Assembly: GCA_964270895.1 (NCBI GenBank)
Contig: OZ185436.1
Source: Podarcis filfolensis
Taxonomy: Eukaryota
Direction: 5' to 3' (one strand)
Length of the DNA: 64,000 nt
Made by a program: the position numbers and the translations under genes. Positions 55,164 through 64,000 of this stretch are shown here, piece after piece (position 1 is the stretch's first letter; every line of letters starts with the position of its first letter). A model generated the notes under the pieces. That model was given only the letters and a program-made list of their open reading frames with translations, was not told the origin of the DNA and did not search any database.

Positions 55164-58100
55164 CTTGAATGAAAGACACAAATGTCATTAACTGATGAGT
55201 TGCAGTAACTTTATAAAATCAGTTTAACAAAGCAGGATGATAGATAACCAGATTGAGAGAACCAGATCAAATACATGTAAAGAACTACTTTTAAGTGTCT
55301 CCATTATGAAATAATATTCCTTGCACCAAGTTGTTGAGTAGGAAGTCATTCCAACAAATCTACATTTATAATGCTAACTCGCTTCATTCACAGAACGGCA
55401 TTAGTATGGTGGGTTGCTAGAGTAATAGCCACAGCATGACCACTTAGTCATTACCATATGTGGGAAGATATACCAGCTTTTATCTGATATAAACAATCTT
55501 TGCTTGGATCTAGCATTTTTCTGAATGTGCTTGAGGAAGGTGGAGGGAGCCAAATCTTGCTGGTTCCTCTACAGCCCACTGTAAACTGTCTTATCAATCT
55601 GTGTAGCTCAGTTGGTTAGAGCATGGTGCTGATAACACCCTATGGGACAGCTGTGTATTCCTGCATTGCAGGAGGTTGGACTAGATGATCCTTGGGGTAC
55701 CTTCCAACTATGATTCTATGGAAGGTTGGAAACTCCAACAAGCAGTGTAAAGGGCAAAGCAGGATAGGGATCAGAAACTGGAAACCAGCAAACAGCACTA
55801 CTTCAGCAGGAGTAGTGTTACATAAAAGAGACATTCTGGATACAACCCCTTGTAAATCTAAAAATGTTTGGCTGTATCCAACAAAGTTGTCCCATTGGCA
55901 CGGGGATTCTACTTGCACAATGAAACTACCCCTCTCTTCCCCCATGCACCCCAAAATCTGCTCTGCGGGTTCCCCTAACCCTCCAGAGCAGATTTTCAGG
56001 AGCATGGTGAGAAAAGAGGAAGTTCTGTTGCACAAAAGGCGGAGTAAAAGCCTCTGCAGGGTCAACTACACCAGCACTGAGAATGTGCTGGCAAAGCAGC
56101 ACCCAGCAGGACTGAAGACAGCATCTTCTTAGAACCCTAATTAAACATTGGGGCTGGCTCCATAATCTAGGGCCTGGTTCTGGATCAGGTCAGCCCCAGA
56201 ACAACCTGCGGCTGATCTAGTGCCAGATCAGATGAGGGGGAGGTGTGCACAGCCCTAATTAAAAAGAAGCACCCATTATTCTTCAAGTAGTCCCCTAAAA
56301 CTCCACATCGGGGTACTCAGCCACTGGATAAATGACTGAATATGCTAAGTGCTTTGACCATTTAAAAGACATGCTGCAAGTATTATACTTTATCTTGTTT
56401 ATGCTAGATTTTATGTGCAACACATTATCTGTACAACCAAGAAACAAAGATTCTCCCACCTCCTCTTTTAAGTGGTACATACAGTCCAGCAAGAAACTGC
56501 ATTAAGGTTCTGTAAATTGCATATGTTATTAGAGCCAAACTCTGCATTCTGTTCACTGCTTGAGAGCAGGCTGGCTCTGCATGTTAAAAATTCTGAAGGC
56601 TCCCATACCCAAAGGCAGAGTGACTTGGAGAGAGGTTCAGCTACACCCACAGGATTGCCGGCCGGAGCCACCGGCTGCCTTTCTCCATCAGTTGCTTATC
56701 TCTGCTTAGAAGCTACTTTGCCCTAAGGCCGAAGAACTAGGAAGGAGAAGAGGCAAATTTAGTCACTAAGGGTCGAAGAACACCTATGCTAGAGACTGCC
56801 TGCTGCCTAAAATTACCAGAAGAAACTAGCAGATAGTTGCCTGTACAAAGCATTATCTCAGGCTACTTTTAAAATTGACCATGTTCTGTTTTGGACACAG
56901 ATTTATTCTAACATCACTGGTAAGAGTGTCAACATAGGAATACTTGAAGGAAAATGATGGTCCTTACCTTTCTTATCAGTGTATTCGGTAGCTTTCTAAC
57001 CTTTTCCACTTGTTCAGGATTAATGCCCAATTCATGGCAACTCACTCTGAGCAAATCTTGGTAAGTCAGTTCTTGTCTGTCCAGTTCAATTTCAATGAAG
57101 TCATTCTCTTTAGGGTTCTGAACTCTTACTTTAAGTACCAGTTCTATATGTGGAGAGGAAAGAGTATTTTGAAGTTAAATCATCGCCAAAATGCAGAGAA
57201 ACGGAAATGACAGCCACAAACCCAAATATATACCCTTGGAAATATACCCTACAAATGTTAACAGATGTTTACTAGACCACAGCCTTTATCATTTGTATTT
57301 GCTCTTTGTTTGCACAGACTCAAGAGAATCCAGTGTAAGTCAGTAGCAGCAAACTCCCAGTGTAAAGCAGTGGGGCTCTGTCATGAACTCTGCTGTGTTG
57401 TGTGGCCACAGATTCTCAGATACATGCATAAGTAATGACTGAATAATAAAGTTGAGGAGTTTAAGGTTGAGAAGAGAACAAACAGGAAGAACAACAAGCT
57501 ATGGCAATGTTGCTACAGGCAACTGTAGCAAAAAAGTCTACCAGTATGCACACACATGCACTGCAGACAAACAGCCCCGGTCCAATAAAATTACTCAAGG
57601 AGATCAGTAAGTGTAGAGTACAATGAAGAAGCAAGTGGAGTGGAGGGCTGTGACAGCTGTATAAAGCTATTAAGGGACTAAAGATGGAAAAGTGATTCAC
57701 AGGCTACTGCCACAAAGAGATGAGCTCTTCAGCTGTCCACCTTGTCTTCTTACCCATCTCATTCTCTTGCTTAGTAGTGGCTGCTGGGTCTTCACACTGA
57801 TATTTCCAGCATCTGATTAGTGCCAAGTGTACTTTAAACAAAATATCTGCATCTGCAGATTTAATGAAACCCTAAAGTTAATGATTCTCTACACTTAAGC
57901 AATTAAATGTGAAAGCTGATCAGCTTTTTCATGCATAGAGGATAAGCGTGATTTAGTTTTATGGTTGAAGCTAAGTAGGTGGAAGACGGCCTAGGCTCCA
58001 CATATAAGTTGCTCTGGGCTCAGAAGAAGAGCAGGGCACAAATGAAACATCATAAATAATGCCTCAATCCTAATTTTATATGTGCTAGAGTTAACCATCA

Positions 58101-61100
58101 AAAGCAGATTAACGTACTGCTTTGAAATGTTACATTCCAACAATTAAGCCAGTGCAAGTCTCATTCTTGACACCTGCACACCAATCTGAAGTCTGGGCAC
58201 ATGTTTTTCAGTAGCAGTTGTGTAGTTTGGAAGAGCTGCCCATTTCCTTCATTGCAATGTCACCGTTTCCTTCAACCCATTGCACTCCAACCAACAATTC
58301 TGCTATTATTCCAGGAAGATTTCCAAATAACTGAGATACAACAACTACTTCCTCAAAAGTTCATTTCCCTCGTGAACACTGATCTGTGACAACCTATGAT
58401 CATATTACACAGAAGCACGACGACACAATACTGATCCCGGTCATGTGGCAATTAAGAGAAAATGCCCTATCTTGACAAAGCTCTACCAACTCTTTAAGGA
58501 AAGAAAAAGAAGAAAAGGTTCTTAAAGCAGATATGAAGCACTAAAGGTAGTTACTGTCTACTGGAGACACATGCACTGTCTCCAGCTATGCAGTAAAAGC
58601 ATTACAATGGAAAAATACTCTTCAGTACCTTGCATATTATATGAAAAAGTTCCTGTGAGAAGCAGCGGCTGTAAGGGTGGTGCAGTGCCCATACAGCAGC
58701 CATTTGCTTGCTGAGGTACATGTTGTCTAGGTACAGTTGAGGTCAAGAGAGCTCTGTTGTGAGATGTAGATGAGGGATAAACAGGGCAGCTCTGGACTCG
58801 AGGCATTGTGCATTCTGATACTCCTGAACTGATGGGAGAAGGAAGCTCCCCTTCGTGCAGGTCTTCAGAAAGTTCAGTTTCAGCGTGCAAGAAAATGGGT
58901 GTGCAAGTATTTTCAAGCTGAGTGGCTGATAAACAAGGGCTAGGTTCACTCTCAGATAAATAAGAGACGGCAGTGCTGTTGTCCTCAGGTGGTGCTAAGA
59001 GATGAGGGGCATTGTCCTTTTCTTGATAGTCAACACAAGGGAATGACGGGTTTGTCAGAGAGTCTCCAGCATTTGACAGCTTTAAGTCATTCACTTCTTG
59101 ATTGTCACATTCTTCCACTTCAAGGGGGGCGAGGTGGGAAGGAAAAATAGAATCTTTTAATAATTTAATCCATTTTAAATAATGGCAAGCAGAATTCTAA
59201 TGCCACCCAGAACATCTGCCAAACACATATATTTAAAATCATAAACGGCTAGTTTTTAGCTAAAAGAAAGCAAACTTATTTCAGAGTAGAATTAAGTATG
59301 GCAAAAAAAATATAGAATCAATCCAGAGAGTTGGATTAGCAAATCTTTGGTTCATGGAAGAAACATTCTGCAGAAATTTTATTTACTTATTGGAATTGGT
59401 AAGTGAAAAGATGTGTACACATACATACAGACCAAAGCTGCATTGCTGAAGAAACACTCTTTAATCTGTAACCCAGCTTTAATTTGATGTTCTGGGAGGC
59501 TATACTTTTCTGGAGTGTATTGGAGAAGGAACATTTTTAGGTTCCCAGTGTACTCTGCTTGACCATCTGTCCAAATTCCTAGAAGCCACCATGACCAAAG
59601 GAATGGAATCTAAGTATTACAGAATCTGACTGGCACAACAGCTCTCTCATTTAATTGAACAGCTTGTGCAAAACAATTTATTTTAAAATTATTCTGATCC
59701 TATGTACAGTTACTCAGAAAGAAGTCCAAAAAAGGACAAGGGGATTACTCCAAACTCCTATATCAGCCAGCTCCCCAATTACAGTCAGGTCAGTAAACTC
59801 TGGTCATAATTCTACCTTTGTTTTAGATGAGGCAAGCAGTAAGGAGCAAAGCTTTCACTGCCATAGCTCTCAGGCTTTGGGATGCCCTGCCTAAGGTACA
59901 GAGCAAGTCTTTGTTGTTGCTGGGATTTCCCAGAGGATGAAAAACTTGTTTTGTTCCCTGACTTTTAGCTGATGTGACTAGTTCTGTTTTACATTTAAAG
60001 CTGTTTTAATTTCTGTGACATTAAAATTGTTGTTAACATCTTTAAGCCTCATAGGAAAACGGCCTATAAAAGCTTAAAACAAATAAAATTAAAACTGCAG
60101 CCTCAGTTTCTCTAGCCCACAAACAGTCTCACACAATATTCTGCCTGTAACTATAGCAGCGGTTCTCACACTGTGTTCCAAGGAAGTCTTGTCTTCTTTG
60201 GGAGCTTATCAGGGGCTGATGAAAAGATCAGAGATGGCAGATAACTTGTCTGAAAAATGCAGTGCATCTAATACATTACATTAGTTCATAGTCTATTTTT
60301 GGAAAGACAAATTCAGTATGTCGAGTATACCTCCCAGAAGCTTTCTGATTTCTTTCTTTGAAGTCAAATGTGCTGCCAGCTCTCCATTAACTGTGAAAAT
60401 CTCCTTATCAGCTCGAGAATCCAGCAGGTAAGAAACCACTTGGGTATGATTCCGCTTGCAAGCCCAGTGCAAACATGTCCTGTAAAAGTTAAACATATTT
60501 GTTAGCAAGCATCTGTAAAGTTCTTATTCTGAAAGTCACTGTTTTGTGTCATTAAATGTCTGCAAGATGTGTACAGCCATCAGAGCTGTTAAAAAAAATG
60601 CTCAAATTTGTCAGAGATGAAACAATTACACCTTGTCTATTGATCCAGACAAAGTTAGTTGTACTTATTTTCCACTGACCTCAATATAATTCAAGTCATG
60701 ACCAATTTCTTCCATTGATTACAATGGGACCTAAGTTCAACTAAAACTTAGTCTGAATCCAATCTAATGTTACTACTATGCACGAATGAAAGTTTTGTGA
60801 CCAGGCTGAGGTTTATTTTCTGTTGTAAATCAACAGGCCAAATTTGACTGTGCTGTCAAAGCTTGCTTATTGAGCTAGCATTCAACACTATAAGCTGGAG
60901 AGGGAAAGAATAATGTTTAAGCTAAATGACAGTTAATGTTTAAGCTAACTGATGCTCATAAAGGTACAGTTGTCCTTGATGCACATACATGCTTCTTTTG
61001 TTTCATTGGTTTCATTTGCACATCACAGGAAAAGCAACCAGAAGGGTTTGCACCCATGGCACTCGCTCAAAATTCCGAGGCCCAAAAGTATTGTCTGTTT

Positions 61101-63970
61101 TCAGTATCAAATTCAACCCCAGTATCTCTCAAACTGGGTCATTTTTGTCAATTTTGCATGAAGCAGGCACAAGAGTATTGCAGCCAAGAAGATGGCTACA
61201 TGCCTAAAGGCAGTAGCAGCCAGTGGAGTGGATGGCATTGTGCAGGTGCAGCAGTAGAGCCAAGGCAACCCTCCCAACACTTTGCCCCTCCATTCTTGGT
61301 TACTGGTAGTGATCACCATGTTGGGAAGCCAGGAGAGGAACACACCCCACACTCCCTTTGCCCCTATCGGGCTCTGCTAAATATCACACACATGTTCGCT
61401 CCCTTATTAGCCATATGTACTATACGCTACCATCTCATGCCTGAGTGTTACTGCAGCAGTACAATCTCCAGTCCTGAGCTGAACATTGGGAGGGAGGGGG
61501 CAGGAAGACTGCTGCCTGCCAACTTGACAATGATCTTACTAAACTTTTATAAAGCAAATGAATTATACAGCACCAATTAACTGCATCGGAAGGGCATTTT
61601 CTAAGCCATATTCACAATTCTAATATTGCAGTGACGGTCATAATTATAAGACTAATATGTTGCCAGACCACAAGCCCTGAATATGAGCGCACTGAAGGAC
61701 CCAAGTTGCAATTTTAATAAAAGACACACTCATGGCAACAGTATAGGATTCAGAGAGCAAAACAAAGGCATGCAAACGACTTCAATGACCAAATTACTGT
61801 AAAAAGCTACTGCCTTCAATCACACAGCTTGAAAAATCTGAAACCCCACACTTTTGAGTCTCCTCTGCTTGCACTCACACAATCATATAGAGGTAATCAT
61901 GAAGACACACGTCACATAAATCCTGGTGCTCACTGGATGTGATTTAATAGGAGAGGAACTGTAGCTCAGGGGTAAATGGTATACTTTGCATGCAGAAAGT
62001 CTCAAGTTCATAGGAACAGAAGAGCCCTGCTGAATCAGACCAAAAGCCCACCTGGTCCGACATCCTGTTCCCAGACTGGCCAGACAGAAACCTATGAGAA
62101 GCCCACAAGCAGCACATGAGCATAACAGCACTTTTCCCATTTGTGTTCCCCAGCAATGGCGTTCATACTGCCTTCAGTACTGGAGACAGTACAGAGCCAT
62201 CATGACTAGTACCTGATAGCTTTATCCTCCATGAATTTGTCTAACCCCCTTTTGAAGTCATCTGAGTTGGCAATCATCACTACATCCTGCGGCAGCAAAT
62301 TCTACTATGTTTAACTATGTACTATGTCTGTTCTGTTCAATTCTTTGCTTAGGCAGAGGTGTCTAAGACTCTATTCCAACTGGCAGCGGCTCTCTAGACA
62401 ATATTGGACTAGATCCAATGGTAGCTCTTTGTATATTGTTGGGCTGTAACTCTCATCAATCCCAGCCAGCAGGGCCAAAAAGCAGGGACAGCAGGAGCTG
62501 TAGTCCAACAACATCTGGAGAACCACAGATTAGACATACTGGGGCTGTATAGCCCAGTGCTTTGCCTCTTGCGTAAAGCTGCTTCATGTGCAAGGTTTTC
62601 TGAGAACATCTGTCATGTGTTCAGATTTGGGGAGTTTTCATGGGAACAATACAGGCACGCTCCCTACAAGGGCGTCCACAGACTCATTCCTATACAACAG
62701 GGGTTCCCATTTGCTCAAAGCCTGTAAGAATTCTCCCATACAAGAATTTGCATTAGAAAATAATAGAAGCTGTGCTTGATCCTTTGGGGAGAACACGGGA
62801 TTTTGTCATCTGCTTTCTGTTCTCTGTGACCTGAATAACACAATGGCTAAGAGCCAAACTGCACAACTACATGTTATGCAGGGGATTTTCGACTAATAAT
62901 TCAAGTGCGTGTGTGTCTGGATCAGAACAGTGGCACTGGGCAAGAGTTTTACTTGAACCTCTCCCCTCACACCAATTCCCCAAGCTAATAAACCCCTTGT
63001 CCTTTAGGGGACTAGCACTGCTGCTCTGATCAAATTAACTCCTCCCTCTCAGTCACAATGGCTCATCCTAGAAGTGAAAATCAATGTGCTGGAAGATTCA
63101 TCACAGTTCTCCTGAGTAAACTGAAGGCTGGCTCTCAGAGTGAGAGCTCGGGAGTCTCCAAATCTCAACCCCAACAACGTTTATCTCATTTTGAGCAGCA
63201 CTTAGTCATAGGTTCCCTATAAATAATAAATATTATTAAATGTCTGCAATTATGGGAAAACAGTGATCCTGACCTGCCTTGTAGGGTTAAAGCCGCTTGA
63301 ACAGGAACACACACACACCTGGATGTTATTAGGAAAGGTTTGTGACTGATGGCTGGCAAATGTGTGATTTGTTCATATTGGCTCTATTTTTCCAGGAGTC
63401 TCTAGAACCAAAGCCTGAAAGGAATTTCTGTTTAGAATTTCATAACCAGGCAGCCCACTAATCAGGATGAAGCACTGACATCTGACCCATCTATTCTTGT
63501 CAGATGCTGGTGAGATTTTGCCCACCCCCACCCCCGTGGGGAGCGTTTCTGTAACTTGCCTTTAAGATGAACTCCCAGTAAACACGCATTTCAGAGCCAG
63601 AGGGAGGGGGGCCACGGGAACACACGGGGGGGGGAAGATGCTCTTGGACACGGACACAGAGGGTACACATTCGCTGAAGTTGCATTTGCGTGTAACGTGT
63701 TGCTGGCGGTTGCCTCACCATATATAGCCTCGAGAGGGGTGGAAGGAAGTGTATTAGCGACGATGAATGCTGCCCTAATGCTAACCACGGGAATGAGGAG
63801 CACAGCGCGGAGGGGCTGGGGGAGGAAGAAGGAGAGGCGTCTTACCAGCCATTGATCTCATTCTGGGCATTCACCTCCACCCCCTTGTCGAGCAGCGTCT
63901 GCACCTCCTCTAGGTCGCCTAGTGCAGCAGCTTCCCTGAGCCTCTCCTCTAGCTCCAGGTGGCTGCTCAT
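55020..63970 (-). CDS. ANKRD40CL: Full-length ANKRD40 paralogue at the ANKRD40CL position, 360 aa: complement(join(55020-55163,56968-57143,58629-59117,60331-60479,63846-63970))
   Basis: Five GT-AG exons, 1083 nt, no frameshift or internal stop; same intron phases (2,1,1,0) as ANKRD40; ankyrin exons intact. The symbol comes from synteny (downstream of LUC7L3, minus strand) and the shorter QNPKENDF motif. Confidence 0.88.
55599..55720 (+). mobile_element. tRNA-head SINE with CR1-like tail (B box deleted)
   Basis: GTAGCTCAGTTGGTTAGAGCATGG head; tail GGACTAGATGATCC...ATGATTCTATG. Confidence 0.65.
56968..57143 (-). CDS. ANKRD40CL: ANKRD40 paralogue exon 4 (ELVLKVRVQNPKENDF...LIRK)
   Basis: tatag|AACT...AAAG|gtaagg, 176 nt. 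Confidence 0.93.
58629..59117 (-). CDS. ANKRD40CL: ANKRD40 paralogue exon 3 (VEECDNQ...LTGTFSYNMQ)
   Basis: tgaag|TGG...CAAG|gtactg, 489 nt, open. Confidence 0.85.
60331..60479 (-). CDS. ANKRD40CL: ANKRD40 paralogue exon 2 (TCLHWACKRNHTQVV...RKLLG)
   Basis: tacag|GACA...GGAG|gtatac, 149 nt (same length as ANKRD40 exon 2). Confidence 0.92.
61950..62420. mobile_element. SINE (+; 61950-62008 and about 62335-62420) interrupted by a CR1 LINE 3' fragment (-; about 62009-62327)
   Basis: SINE head GTAGCTCAG...TTTGCATGCAGAAAG breaks at GTTCA and resumes at a second GTTCA; the insert reads as a CR1 3' end on the minus strand. Confidence 0.55.
63846..63970 (-). CDS. ANKRD40CL: ANKRD40 paralogue exon 1 (MSSHLELEERLREAAALGDL...EINGW)
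   Basis: ATG at 63970; donor CTG|gtaaga; 125 nt. The 30 nt upstream to the window edge are also open, so a longer N-terminus is not excluded. Confidence 0.88.
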
Positions 63971-64000
63971 CCTCTCTCTGCCCCCCTTCCCCTTCCTGGG

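Noticed and set aside
60936-61580. 214-aa + strand ORF, the longest in the track
   Set aside because: Intronic and antisense to the ANKRD40 paralogue, no recognisable domain, no credible promoter or splice context; treated as chance
63520-63830. G-quadruplex in intron 1 of the ANKRD40 paralogue
   Set aside because: G-runs are on the template strand and irregularly spaced, which is expected near a GC-rich promoter

Overview
Vertebrate genomic DNA, most likely a lacertid lizard (it carries Sauria/Squam1-type and Squam3-type SINEs). Four intron-containing genes were reconstructed by hand from GT-AG boundaries and reading-frame continuity. (1) The last 8 coding exons of ABCC3/MRP3 (+, 2627-12872). 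(2) Complete ANKRD40 (-, 30654-19815, 363 aa). (3) Complete LUC7L3 (+, 33682-51472, 431 aa). (4) A second, apparently intact 5-exon ANKRD40-family gene (-, 63970-55020, 360 aa) at the syntenic position of ANKRD40CL; here it retains the ankyrin exons. Introns and intergenic DNA hold SINEs, CR1/L2/L1 remnants, hAT- and Tc1/mariner-type MITEs, microsatellites and a 290-N assembly gap (51906-52195). The most interesting signals are the full-length ANKRD40 paralogue, a minimal type-I hammerhead ribozyme motif in Penelope-like repeats (one copy forms a perfect 76-bp hairpin in an ABCC3 intron), and a dense array of alternative splice sites at the LUC7L3 3' end that hides a 61-aa hydrophobic alternative C-terminus and possible NMD switches. 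I found no CRISPR, rRNA or bona fide tRNA genes, and no evidence of a wholly new gene system. Family names and comparisons with human proteins are from recall, not database searches.
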